64,000 nt of DNA. Origin: Casimicrobiaceae bacterium. Lineage in GTDB: Bacteria > Pseudomonadota > Gammaproteobacteria > Burkholderiales > Casimicrobiaceae. The stretch is from positions 2,407 to 66,406 of the forward strand of contig DASXPO010000133.1 in the NCBI GenBank assembly GCA_036493535.1, written 5' to 3'. Positions 51,157-60,109 of the stretch are shown here, piece by piece. Each line of letters starts with the position of its first letter. The stretch's first letter is position 1. The notes under the pieces were generated by a model. It did not search any database and was not told where the DNA came from. It saw nothing but the letters and a program-made list of their open reading frames with translations. The position numbers and the translations under genes were made by a program.

Positions 51157-52407
51157 GTGTCCGAAAACTCGATTGAGCGCGTGCGCCATACCGCAGAGTC
51201 CGTCTATCGGACCGAGTCGCGCCGAGTTTTCGCTACGCTGGTCCGCCTGCTGGGGGATTTCGATGTCGCCGAAGAAGCGTTGCATGACGCATTTCGCGCG
51301 GCGCTCGAGCAATGGCCGCGCGATGGCATTCCGGAGAATCCGCGGGCGTGGCTCGTGTCGACGGGCCGGTTCAAAGCGATCGACGGGATAAGGCGGCGTT
51401 CGCGCTTCGATTCGATCGAGGACCACGCAGAGCACGTCGAGGGCATCGCCGATGAGTCGAGGCCGGCGAACGATGAAAGCATCGAGGACGATCGGCTGCG
51501 TCTTGTATTTACGTGCTGCCATCCCGCGCTGTCCGCCGATGCGCAGGTCGCGCTCACGCTTCGCGAAGTCTGCGGTCTCACCACCGAAGAGATCGCGCAG
51601 GCTTTCCTGAGCGGCGCGACAACGCTCGCGCAGCGGATCGTACGCGCCAAGGCCAAAATCCGCGATGCGAGAATTCCTTACGAAGTTCCATCGCCGGATG
51701 AGCTGCCGCAGCGCCTCGACAGCGTTTTGCGCGTGATCTATCTGGTGTTCAACGAGGGTTATCTCGCGTCGTCGGGCTCATCGCTGACGCGCGTGGACTT
51801 GTCGGCGGAGGCGATTCGACTCGGACGACTGCTGGTCGATTTATTGCCCGAACCGGAGGCCATGGGCCTCCTCGCGTTGATGTTGCTTCACGAATCGCGG
51901 CGTGCGGCGCGCACCGCTCCGGATGGACAGATAGTGCTCCTCGACGATCAGGATCGCTCGCTGTGGAATCGTGGCCAAATCGACGAAGGCCTATCACTCG
52001 TGGACCGGGCGCTTGCGTCGCGGCGCTTCGGACCGTATTCGCTGCAGGCCGCGATCTCCGCGGTCCACGCCCAAGCGGCCGTCCCGGCGGAGACCGATTG
52101 GAACGAGATCGTCGGTCTCTACGATGCGTTGCTGCGAATCGAGCCGTCGCCGATCATCGAATTGAACCGGGCGGTGGCGGTAGCGATGCGGGACGGTGCC
52201 GCCGCGGGCGTTTCCCTCATCGAGTCGATCCTCGCCCGCGGGGATTTGCAGGACTATCACCTGGCGCACGCCGCACACGCCGATTTGTGCCGCCGCCTGG
52301 GCAAAGCGGCAGAGGCGCGGACGTCCTATCAGCGCGCGATTGCGCTCTCCCGCCAGGAGCAGGAGCGCCGGTTTCTCGAGAAACGGCTCGCCGAGTTGCC
52401 CGTCTAG
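51157..52407 (+). CDS. ECF sigma factor with C-terminal TPR-like extension (COG4941 / ECF42-like)
   Basis: Sigma-2: RRVFATLVRLLGDFDVAEEALHDAF...NPRAWL. Sigma-4: LREVCGLTTEEIAQAF. Then the diagnostic VIYLVFNEGY and a helical extension of about 200 aa. I prefer the GTG at 51157 over the track's ORF start at 51094. Confidence 0.85.
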   Translation: MSENSIERVRHTAESVYRTESRRVFATLVRLLGDFDVAEEALHDAFRAALEQWPRDGIPENPRAWLVSTGRFKAIDGIRRRSRFDSIEDHAEHVEGIADESRPANDESIEDDRLRLVFTCCHPALSADAQVALTLREVCGLTTEEIAQAFLSGATTLAQRIVRAKAKIRDARIPYEVPSPDELPQRLDSVLRVIYLVFNEGYLASSGSSLTRVDLSAEAIRLGRLLVDLLPEPEAMGLLALMLLHESRRAARTAPDGQIVLLDDQDRSLWNRGQIDEGLSLVDRALASRRFGPYSLQAAISAVHAQAAVPAETDWNEIVGLYDALLRIEPSPIIELNRAVAVAMRDGAAAGVSLIESILARGDLQDYHLAHAAHADLCRRLGKAAEARTSYQRAIALSRQEQERRFLEKRLAELPV

Positions 52408-52507
52408 GCCGTAAGGGTTGCGCGGCGGCCGCCCGTACTTCAAAAAAAGGAGGAGAGGTCTGTCGATTTGCGTTTGACCTGTTCGATTAAGCAATGAAAG
52501 GAGACAG

Positions 52508-52732
52508 GTGGCGCAAATGGAAGTCGTCATACGGATATTGCAAGCACTGCGTCGATGGGGCCAGAAGCTCGGCCCGTATCTTTTGCTCGAGTTGCTGATG
52601 CCGGGAGGCACGCTGTTCGCGCTGTTGCTATTCCTCTACCAAAGCAAGAAGTTGAGTTTTGGTGCGGTCGCGCCGCGCGCGGCGATAGCCGTCACGCGCG
52701 CCCTCGTGGCCAACGTCAGGCAAGGAGTTTGA
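52508..52732 (+). CDS. possible small membrane protein
   Basis: aaaggaga RBS and a hydrophobic core LLLELLMPGGTLFALLLFLY. No family recognised. Confidence 0.35.
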   Translation: MAQMEVVIRILQALRRWGQKLGPYLLLELLMPGGTLFALLLFLYQSKKLSFGAVAPRAAIAVTRALVANVRQGV

Positions 52733-52778
52733 AGTGGCGCATGGCAACGCAGAACAGCAACGCCGATCAAGCGCGGTA

Positions 52779-53312
52779 ATGGCCCGGCCGCTGCGCGTGG
52801 TCGGGCGCTTCGGCGCCCCGGCCATGCGCATTTTCGGCGCATGGTTGGATCCCGCCCTCGCGCGGCAATGGCTGTTCGCGACGGCGTCGCATCCGATCGC
52901 CGACATTGAAATCGATGCGCGCGCGGCAGGCTCATTTCGCCTGGTCGACGTCCGCGACGGATCGAGCATGACGTACGCCGGTCGATACGTTGCGATCGTG
53001 CCGAACCGGCGATTGATTTTCACCCTGGCGTTACCGCAACGGCCTGACATCGCGACGCGTGTCACGGTCGAGGTCGACACGCTGGCATCCCGTTCGACGA
53101 TGACGTTGCTCCATGAAAATGTCCCGGCGGATCTCGCGGCTCATGCGAGAGCGCGCTGGACCGGCATGTTCCATGGGCTCGGATTGCTGCTCGATTCGGG
53201 TTTTTCTTCCCGCGCCGAATCTTTCGACGATCCACATTGTCGATTTCGTGCGGCGCCAATCGACTACAACGTGGGACCTTCGCATTTCACGATCATCAGG
53301 AGCGAACGATGA
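52779..53312 (+). CDS. SRPBCC/AHSA1-like protein
   Basis: ...FGAPAMRIFGAWLDPALARQW...GSFRLV...YAGRYVAIVPNRRLIFT... ATGA overlap with the next gene. Confidence 0.65.
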   Translation: MARPLRVVGRFGAPAMRIFGAWLDPALARQWLFATASHPIADIEIDARAAGSFRLVDVRDGSSMTYAGRYVAIVPNRRLIFTLALPQRPDIATRVTVEVDTLASRSTMTLLHENVPADLAAHARARWTGMFHGLGLLLDSGFSSRAESFDDPHCRFRAAPIDYNVGPSHFTIIRSER

Positions 53313-53641
53313 AGTATCTCTGCCTCGTCTACATGGAAGAAAGCACGCTGGCCCAGGTTTCCGACACCGAATGCAGGGCCTACGGCGACGGCCTCCGGCA
53401 AAGCGGCCGCTGGGTCGGCGGCGAAGCGCTACAGCCGGTGCATACGGCAACGACCGTGCGCGTCAGGAACGGCAAGGTCACGATGACCGACGGCCCTTTC
53501 GCTGAAACGAAGGAGCAATTGGCCGGTTTTTATATGGTCGACGCGAAGGATCTCGATGAAGCGATCGAGATTGCCGCAAAGATTCCGCCGGCGCGCGTCG
53601 GCAGCATCGAAGTGCGCCCGGTCAGGGCGCTGGCGGCGTAG
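53309..53641 (+). CDS. YciI family protein
   Basis: MKYLCLVYMEES...GKVTMTDGPFAETKEQLAGFYMVDAKDLDEAIEIAAKIP, 110 aa. Confidence 0.85.
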   Translation: MKYLCLVYMEESTLAQVSDTECRAYGDGLRQSGRWVGGEALQPVHTATTVRVRNGKVTMTDGPFAETKEQLAGFYMVDAKDLDEAIEIAAKIPPARVGSIEVRPVRALAA

Positions 53642-53686
53642 CGCCTCACAACCGGTTGCATTGAACGAATGGATTGAGACGAAGCA

Positions 53687-54610
53687 ATGGACAGCCCGGT
53701 TTCGGATCTCGTTCGCCGGTATTACCGCGCCTACGAGCAAAAGGATCGCTCGGCACTCGAAGGATTGCTGAGCGACGATTTAACGTTCACGAGTCCGCAC
53801 GACGATCACATCGATCGGCGCGCGTACTTCGAGAGGTGTTGGCCAAGTAGCGCGGGCATTCGCGCGTTCCACATCGAAAGCTTGCTCGACAACGATCGCG
53901 AGGCACTGGTTCGTCTTGCAGTCGAAATGAACATGGGTTCTCCGTTGCGCGCCACGGAATGGTTCCGCTTCGATGGCGGCAAAATCAAGGAAATCGAGTA
54001 TTTCGCCGCGCTGCCCGACTCGGCTTCGTCCGCCGTCCCGCAGGCGCGTCCAACGAGCGACGACGAGCGGCAGTATCTCTGTCTCGTTTACCAGGACAAC
54101 GGCAAGCTCGAAGCCCTGTCGCAAAGCGAAATGGACGGACTCGTCGGCGAATGCGTCGAGTGGGTCGACGGGTTGCAGGAAGCCGGCCGGCATGTCTTCT
54201 CGGCGGGACTTCAATCGCTGCGCTCGGCGACGACGGTGCGAAACCGCAACGGCAAGGTGTCGATGACCGACGGCCCCTTTGCCGAGACGAAGGAGCAGCT
54301 CGGTGGATTCACGCTTTTGCGCGCGCGCGACTTGAACGAAGCGCTGCAACTTGCCTCGAACATGCCCGTTTGCCGCATCGGCACGATCGAAGTGCGGCCG
54401 GTGCTACGGTCCGACACGGACTCGAACGATCCGGTGGACCGCAAGGTCGCGGCGGCTTTGCGTCGTAACGATCGCGCCGCGATCCATCCGGCGATGGGGA
54501 ACTGCTGCGTGCCACCCATTGATTCTCAAACGTCAAAAGGAGTCCAACATGCGTTTCATGGTGATCGTCAAAGCGACCCAACAATCGGAGGCCGGCGTGC
54601 TTCCGAATGA
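53687..54610 (+). CDS. NTF2/SnoaL-like domain fused to a YciI domain
   Basis: N-terminus: LVRRYYRAYEQKDRSALEGLLSDDLTFTSP...WFRFDGGKIKEIEYF. Linker. Then YLCLVYQDNGK...GKVSMTDGPFAETKEQLGGFTLLRARDLNEALQLASNMP. There is no Met at the YciI domain boundary. Confidence 0.75.
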   Translation: MDSPVSDLVRRYYRAYEQKDRSALEGLLSDDLTFTSPHDDHIDRRAYFERCWPSSAGIRAFHIESLLDNDREALVRLAVEMNMGSPLRATEWFRFDGGKIKEIEYFAALPDSASSAVPQARPTSDDERQYLCLVYQDNGKLEALSQSEMDGLVGECVEWVDGLQEAGRHVFSAGLQSLRSATTVRNRNGKVSMTDGPFAETKEQLGGFTLLRARDLNEALQLASNMPVCRIGTIEVRPVLRSDTDSNDPVDRKVAAALRRNDRAAIHPAMGNCCVPPIDSQTSKGVQHAFHGDRQSDPTIGGRRASE

Positions 54611-54977
54611 AAAGCTCATCACGGAGATGGGCAAATTCAACGCAGAGCTTGCGAAGGCCGGCGTCATGCTGGCCGGCGAAGGCTTGCAATCAAGCTCGAA
54701 AGGCGCGCGTGTGAAGTTTTCAGGCGCGAAACGGACGGTGACGGATGGACCGTTTCCGGAAACGAAAGAATTGGTCGCGGGATTCTGGATCTGGCAGGTC
54801 AAATCGAAGCAAGAGGCCATCGAATGGGCCAAGCGCTGTCCGAACCCGCATCCCGGCATGGAGTCCGAGATCGAGATCCGGCAAATATTCGAAGCGGAAG
54901 ACTTCGGCGACGCACTGCCACCCGAGATTCGGGACCAAGGAGAGCGCCTGCGCAAGCAAACCGATATGAAAAAGTAA
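54549..54977 (+). CDS. YciI-like (DGPF-type) protein
   Basis: MRFMVIVKATQQSEAGVLPNEKLITEMGKFNAEL...TDGPFPETKELVAGFWIWQVKSKQEAIEWAKRCP. aaggag RBS. Confidence 0.85.
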   Translation: MRFMVIVKATQQSEAGVLPNEKLITEMGKFNAELAKAGVMLAGEGLQSSSKGARVKFSGAKRTVTDGPFPETKELVAGFWIWQVKSKQEAIEWAKRCPNPHPGMESEIEIRQIFEAEDFGDALPPEIRDQGERLRKQTDMKK

Positions 54978-55077
54978 TTGACGACGTCTTTGAATGCGCT
55001 CGCGACGCGCACGAGCGCATGGTTTCAACCCAATGGTCGATGCGCGGACCATGAATAACCCACAAGGAGTGTCATCA

Positions 55078-55491
55078 ATGCAAGTCCAACCGTATTTGTT
55101 TTTCGAGGGCCGTACGGAAGAAGCAATCGAGTTCTATCGCGCCGCGCTCGACGCGCAAGTCGATATGCTGATGCGCTTCAAGGAGAGCCCGGAGCCGCCG
55201 AAACCCGGGATGATTCCGCCCGGTTCCGACAACAAAATCATGCACGCGAGGTTCCGCGTCGGCGACACGATGGTGATGGCATCCGACGGCAGCTGCACGG
55301 GGAAGCCGAATTTCAAGGGCTTCTCGCTTTCGATCACCGTCCCCGACGAAGCGGCTGCGGAGCGTACATTCGCCGCGCTCGAAAAGGGCGGCCAGGTGAA
55401 CATGCCACTCACCAAGACTTTCTTTTCACCCCGCTTCGGGATGGTCGCCGACCGCTTCGGCGTGTCGTGGATGGTGATCGTTCAAAAATAG
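55078..55491 (+). CDS. VOC/glyoxalase-fold protein (PhnB-like)
   Basis: MQVQPYLFFEGRTEEAIEFYRAAL...IMHARFRVGDTMVMASD...FGMVADRFGVSWMV. Confidence 0.8.
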   Translation: MQVQPYLFFEGRTEEAIEFYRAALDAQVDMLMRFKESPEPPKPGMIPPGSDNKIMHARFRVGDTMVMASDGSCTGKPNFKGFSLSITVPDEAAAERTFAALEKGGQVNMPLTKTFFSPRFGMVADRFGVSWMVIVQK

Positions 55492-55504
55492 CGCGCCTAC
55501 GCAA

Positions 55505-55840
55505 TCAGTGCAGCGGCTCGCCCTCGATGATCGGACGCGTGCCGATGTAGAGCGCGGCGACATCGTTCGCGACCATCGTGATGTTGCCCTTCCGACGATT
55601 GTGACCCGTATCGCTGTATTCGAACTCGTAGATACGCCGCAGGACGAGGTGGCCGTCTCCATTGCGCGCCGGCCACACCGAATGCAGCGCTACGGTGTCG
55701 TCCAAGAACAACAAGCCCGCTTGCCGGCATGCCGTGCGCATAGCAGCGTTCGCGGATTCGCGAACCTTGAGACTGTCCCACACAAACCATCCGCCCACGG
55801 CGAGCACGATAAAACCCAGGAGTTCCGGCATCGGCGCCAC
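55505..55840 (-). CDS. DUF3301-like membrane protein
   Basis: N-terminal TM segment, then ...ACRQAGLLFLDDTVAL...LRRIYEFEYS. Confidence 0.6.
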   Translation of the reverse strand: MAPMPELLGFIVLAVGGWFVWDSLKVRESANAAMRTACRQAGLLFLDDTVALHSVWPARNGDGHLVLRRIYEFEYSDTGHNRRKGNITMVANDVAALYIGTRPIIEGEPLH

Positions 55841-55920
55841 TCGCGCCCGAACAAGCTCGAGCGCTCAGTGAAAAATTAAATGGCGCAGTTTACCGGCTCG
55901 CCGCGTACGCAAAGCCGCCG

Positions 55921-56433
55921 TTATTTCGGTCCGGCGGAACCCCCGCTCGCACCGGAGCTGCCTGTACCTGCGCCGCTCGCACCGGAGCTGTTGCCAGTTC
56001 CTGCACCACTCGCACCGGAGCTGCTGCCAGTACCGGCGGCGCCGCTCGCACCGGAGCTGTTGCCCGTACCGGCGGCACCGCTCGCGCCAGTGCTGCTTCC
56101 TGTTCCCGCCGCCCCACTGTCGGGCCTCGCTGCCATTGGATTCGGCGCCTTGCTCGGGTGATAGCTCTGCACGCAATCATCCAGTTTCTTACCGGACATT
56201 CCGAAGCACAACGCGTGTGAAGCATTGTCGGCGTTCTCACAATCGCTTCGAGCGGCGCCGGTCATGCTGGCGCACGAGCTCGCCTGTGTCGCCGCCCGTG
56301 GCATCGTTGCGGGCCCCGCGCTCGTCGTGGCGGATGTCGAAGTTCCGTTGCTGGTTGCCGCCTGGGCCAGCAATGGTGTAGCAAACGCCAACGACATCGC
56401 ACACGCGATCGCACTCATCGTCCATCGTTTCAT
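55921..56433 (-). CDS. secreted Cys-containing protein with Gly/Ala/Ser/Thr tandem-repeat tail
   Basis: ggagg RBS and signal peptide MKRWTMSAIACAMSLAFATPLLAQA. The C-terminus carries 12-13 aa repeats, GASGAAGTG(N/S)SS. Confidence 0.7.
   Translation of the reverse strand: MKRWTMSAIACAMSLAFATPLLAQAATSNGTSTSATTSAGPATMPRAATQASSCASMTGAARSDCENADNASHALCFGMSGKKLDDCVQSYHPSKAPNPMAARPDSGAAGTGSSTGASGAAGTGNSSGASGAAGTGSSSGASGAGTGNSSGASGAGTGSSGASGGSAGPK
55924..56115 (-). repeat. in-frame tandem repeat (about 36-39 nt unit) encoding the GASGAAGTGxSS tail
   Basis: Reiterated ccgctcgcaccggagctg(c/t)tgcc(a/c)gt(a/t)cc... units are visible on the plus strand. Confidence 0.75.
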
Positions 56434-56696
56434 AAATCCTCCGTTCGCAAAGCGCAACAGGTCAGAATGCAGGCCCCGCTTCTGTCCGATCGGCACACGT
56501 CGCGCCGCCCATTGTCGGGCCTGCCCTCCACTTGAGTAGCAGGCCACGTGCCAAGCAGTACTTCGAAGTATTTCACAGTGGAATCCGAGCCAGGACTTCT
56601 GCGGCGACGGCATGCGCGGGAAAATACGGAGACGGGCGCATGCAGTTCTTACCTCCGCCGTAGGCGATCCTAACCGCATTGCCGTCGCTTCAAAAG

Positions 56697-56720
56697 AAGC
56701 GGCCGAGGGCCGCTTTTTTT
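56697..56720. terminator. intrinsic terminator hairpin downstream of the 56738..57559 gene
   Basis: aagcggcc-gag-ggccgcttttttt, with an A-rich tract on the other side. Confidence 0.65.
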
Positions 56721-56737
56721 GCTTAGCGGGGGAACGT

Positions 56738-57559
56738 CTACACCCTTGGCTCGCCGTAGATGTTGACCATGATCGTGCGCCGCGGCGGCGCGGTCATCTG
56801 CACGCGATGTTCGATGCCGCGGAACGTATAGTGAACGTCCCAATAATCGGGACGCGGCTGCCCTTCGACCGCCGCGCAGCGTTGAACGTCCTGGCTATAG
56901 AGTTGCGTTCCGCCGCGACCGACATTGGCGCCGATGGCCGCCCCGGCAACTGCGCCGCCGGCAGTCGCGACATCGCGCCCCCGGCCGCTTCCGATTTGAT
57001 GACCGAGGACCCCGCCGATGACGGCACCGGCGATCGCGCCGGGGACGTTCGCGCCATCATTGCGCTCTTCGACGACTTGCTGGCGCTCGACCCAGCAACG
57101 CTGCTCCGGCGGACCGACCACGGCACGTACGGACGTCACCGGCACTTCGTAGAGACGTTCTTGCGGTGCCGGATGATATTCATAGACCGGGGCGGCAAGC
57201 GCCACGGGCTCGCCTGCGACGCGATAGCCGCCGCGATGATGCGCGACGTAGACGTTGTTGTACCAGGTCTCCTGCACGAAGTAGACGGGCTGCCCGCACG
57301 CGTTGTATTGCGCGCAATGTTTGCGCCAACTCTTCGCGTGTCCGGGCGGGACATGAAGATAGATCGGCGTCGCGATTGCGCCCGGAGCCCGTTGCACGAT
57401 GATCGGTTGCGCATAAACCAATGGCGGCGGCGGAAGATTGCCGATCTCGACTCGCCCGTAAAAACCGGGCTGCCCCACGCTCACCGCCACGCCAACGTCG
57501 GCGGCTGCCGCCGAAGCCGTGATGATCGTGACCACTGCCGCACCGAGCAGACGCTTCAT
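56738..57559 (-). CDS. glycine-zipper (Rick_17kDa/SlyB-like) outer-membrane-type protein
   Basis: Signal peptide, then ...GAIAGAVIGGVLGHQIGSGRGRDVATAGGAVAGAAIGANVG... Confidence 0.7.
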   Translation of the reverse strand: MKRLLGAAVVTIITASAAAADVGVAVSVGQPGFYGRVEIGNLPPPPLVYAQPIIVQRAPGAIATPIYLHVPPGHAKSWRKHCAQYNACGQPVYFVQETWYNNVYVAHHRGGYRVAGEPVALAAPVYEYHPAPQERLYEVPVTSVRAVVGPPEQRCWVERQQVVEERNDGANVPGAIAGAVIGGVLGHQIGSGRGRDVATAGGAVAGAAIGANVGRGGTQLYSQDVQRCAAVEGQPRPDYWDVHYTFRGIEHRVQMTAPPRRTIMVNIYGEPRV

Positions 57560-57645
57560 CGCGATCTCCCAATGTTTGCGATGGCGGCATTATGACATTG
57601 GCATTACCGCGCCGGCGCGACCGTTCATCGGGAGCTTTACCGTTC

Positions 57646-58971
57646 TCACGCCTCCATCAATCGTCCTTCATGCTCGCCCAGATGTCCGCTACGACGTGTC
57701 TCGGGCATCAGGATCGCCGCGACGAGCGCGATGGCGCCCATCACCGTGACGTACCAGAAGAACGTCGCCTCGATTCCATGCGATTTGAACCATAGCGCGA
57801 CATATTCGGCGCTGCCGCCGAACGCAGCGTTTGCGAGCGCATACGAAAGCCCGACGCCGAGGGCGCGAACATGCATGGGAAAGAGCTCGGCTTTGACGAG
57901 CCCGCTGATCGACGTGTAGAAGCTCACGCCCGCAAGCGCGAGCAAAACCCAGCCGAACGCCGCGTACGGACTGCTCACGTGTGAGAGTGCGCTCAATATC
58001 GGCACCGTCGCAACGACCATGAATACGCCGAAGCAGAGCATCGAGTTGCGGCGGCCGATCTTGTCGGCGAGGGCGCCGAACGCCGGCTGCAGGATCATGT
58101 AGCAAAACAGCACTACGGTCATCACGCGGCTCGCGAGCTTGGCGTCCATTCCGGCGGTGTTGACCAAATACTTTTGCATGTAGGTCGTGAACGTGTAGAA
58201 CGCGAGCGAGCCGCCGGCGGTGAAACCGAGCACGGTAAAGAACGAGCGCGGATAACGGAAGACGCCTCGGATCGTTCCGGCGCCGGCTTCCTTACGCACG
58301 GCCGCGGAAGTCGTCTCCGCGAGCGAGCGGCGCAAGAAGAACGCGATCACCGCAGCGATCGCACCGATGGCGAACGGAATGCGCCAGCCCCATTGCTTGA
58401 GCTCGTCGTTCGACAAGAACTGTTGAATGATGACGAGCACAAGCACCGCGAGAAGCTGACCGCCGATCAGCGTGACATACTGGAACGACGCAAAAAAGCC
58501 GCGGTGCCCGCTCAGGGCCACTTCGCTCATGTACGTCGCACTGGTCCCATACTCGCCGCCGACCGACAATCCCTGCACCAACCGCGCGAAGAGCAACAGC
58601 AGCGGCGCTGCGACGCCAACCATGGCGTACGTCGGAAGCACCGCGACCATCAGAGACCCCGCGCACATCAGGATCACGGCGATCATCATCGATGCGCGTC
58701 GGCCGCGCCGGTCGGCGATACGGCCGAACAGCCAGCTCCCAAGCGGACGCATCAAGAAACCGGCGCCGAAAACGCCGGCGGCGTTCAGCAGCTGCGTCGT
58801 CTGATCGCCCGCCGGGAAAAATTCCGAGGCGAAATAAAGCGCGGTAAACGAATAAACGTAGAAGTCATACCACTCGACGAGATTCCCCGAGGAACCGCCG
58901 ACGATCGCCCAAATCCGCCGTGCAGATTCGCTTACGCCTGTAGCGTGTTGCGGTTGAACGATCGTGGCCAT
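57646..58971 (-). CDS. kgtP: alpha-ketoglutarate/dicarboxylate MFS permease
   Basis: [25 protein letters not shown]...[22 protein letters not shown]...[22 protein letters not shown]...[13 protein letters not shown] closely follows the KgtP pattern. Confidence 0.8.
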   Translation of the reverse strand: MATIVQPQHATGVSESARRIWAIVGGSSGNLVEWYDFYVYSFTALYFASEFFPAGDQTTQLLNAAGVFGAGFLMRPLGSWLFGRIADRRGRRASMMIAVILMCAGSLMVAVLPTYAMVGVAAPLLLLFARLVQGLSVGGEYGTSATYMSEVALSGHRGFFASFQYVTLIGGQLLAVLVLVIIQQFLSNDELKQWGWRIPFAIGAIAAVIAFFLRRSLAETTSAAVRKEAGAGTIRGVFRYPRSFFTVLGFTAGGSLAFYTFTTYMQKYLVNTAGMDAKLASRVMTVVLFCYMILQPAFGALADKIGRRNSMLCFGVFMVVATVPILSALSHVSSPYAAFGWVLLALAGVSFYTSISGLVKAELFPMHVRALGVGLSYALANAAFGGSAEYVALWFKSHGIEATFFWYVTVMGAIALVAAILMPETRRSGHLGEHEGRLMEA

Positions 58972-59044
58972 CGGATTGACGATCAGGGGTGCGTTGCGTT
59001 GGAGTGCGTAACGCGTCGCTGATCAATTGGCTTGCCGCATCAGA

Positions 59045-60028
59045 TTATTGTCGATCGCGATCGGGACTGTTGTCTCCGCCTCGTCCCTGCGGCGGCCCGT
59101 TCCCTTCACGCTCTCCACGGTCGGACGGCGGTCCTTTTCCTTGTCCGCGGTCCGCCGACGGTCCTGCCTCGCGCGGCCACTGTGACTCGGACGGCCGGGC
59201 TTCAGGAGGACGACCTTCAGGCTGACTTCCCGCAGCGGGACGGCTGTCCGGTGCACGCGCTCCAGATGCAGATGGCGATTGAGCCGAAGGTGCGTTGTGC
59301 GGCGGCTGCATCGTCTGTCCGGGTGGCGTTGTCTGCGAAGAACGCGGGGTCGCTTCGCGCGCTCGCGTATCAGGCGTCGCCGAATTTTGTTGCGGCGACG
59401 TAGGCGATTGCTGCGGTTGACGGGTCTCCGGCGCGTTCGGTCGCTGCATCGCCTCGCCCGGCTGCCGTGGTTGTATGTATTGGGGCTGCTGGCCGGTTTG
59501 TGGCGACTCTTGCTGCGGAGGCGTTGCTACGCGAGCCGATGGCGAAGATGATGGAGCGCCACCCGCGGACGATGCGGCGCGTCCGGCACGACCCTCCGGC
59601 GACCTTCCGCCGCGATCGATCTGCGCGTGAACACGATTAACCCAGACGTCGCGTTCGCGATACCACGGCCGGCCCCGATAGTGCGCGTCCCAATACGTGG
59701 GCAGCGAAAATGCGACGACCGGAATGTGGAGTCGAGGTCCGTACTCGATGATCGCCACGCGATTATTCTGGTACGGATAGCCGAGATCCCCCGCATACAC
59801 CCAGCCGCGGGAATCGGAAAAAATGACATCGCACCAACTCCAGTCGCTCAGGCATCCGGCGACGTCGACACCGGTATTCGGTGGAAGCGTTGCGACCGGC
59901 GGGTATTCGCTGCCGGGACCGGTGAAAACATCGACGTCCCGCAACGTGAACGCGGAGTCTGCGCTCGCCGTCAGCGGGATGCCGCCGACGATGATGGCGA
60001 ATGCAATCAGGGAAGACGCACGTCTCAT
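59045..60028 (-). CDS. secreted SH3b-like protein with long Pro/Gln/Ser/Arg-rich disordered tail
   Basis: ggagg RBS and a signal peptide. LRDVDVFTGPGSEYPPVATLPPNTGVDVAGCLSDWSWCDV...GWVYAGDL, followed by about 190 aa of low complexity. Confidence 0.7.
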   Translation of the reverse strand: MRRASSLIAFAIIVGGIPLTASADSAFTLRDVDVFTGPGSEYPPVATLPPNTGVDVAGCLSDWSWCDVIFSDSRGWVYAGDLGYPYQNNRVAIIEYGPRLHIPVVAFSLPTYWDAHYRGRPWYRERDVWVNRVHAQIDRGGRSPEGRAGRAASSAGGAPSSSPSARVATPPQQESPQTGQQPQYIQPRQPGEAMQRPNAPETRQPQQSPTSPQQNSATPDTRAREATPRSSQTTPPGQTMQPPHNAPSAQSPSASGARAPDSRPAAGSQPEGRPPEARPSESQWPREAGPSADRGQGKGPPSDRGEREGNGPPQGRGGDNSPDRDRQ

Positions 60029-60109
60029 GTAATCCTCCGAGGACAAATGTCCAAGTTCGATACCACGAGGCGGTACGAGGTTCCCGGCTGCAACGCGGCG
60101 TTTCGATGA

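Noticed and set aside
51064-51522. 152-aa minus-strand ORF overlapping the 5' end of the ECF sigma gene, considered as a possible anti-sigma factor.
   Set aside because: It is antisense to clear sigma-2 region coding sequence. It has no TM segment or zinc-binding anti-sigma motif. This sigma class is thought to be regulated by its own C-terminal extension.
55924-56115. Repetitive DNA that could be mistaken for a CRISPR or VNTR locus.
   Set aside because: The repeats are contiguous, in-frame and inside a well-supported secreted-protein gene.
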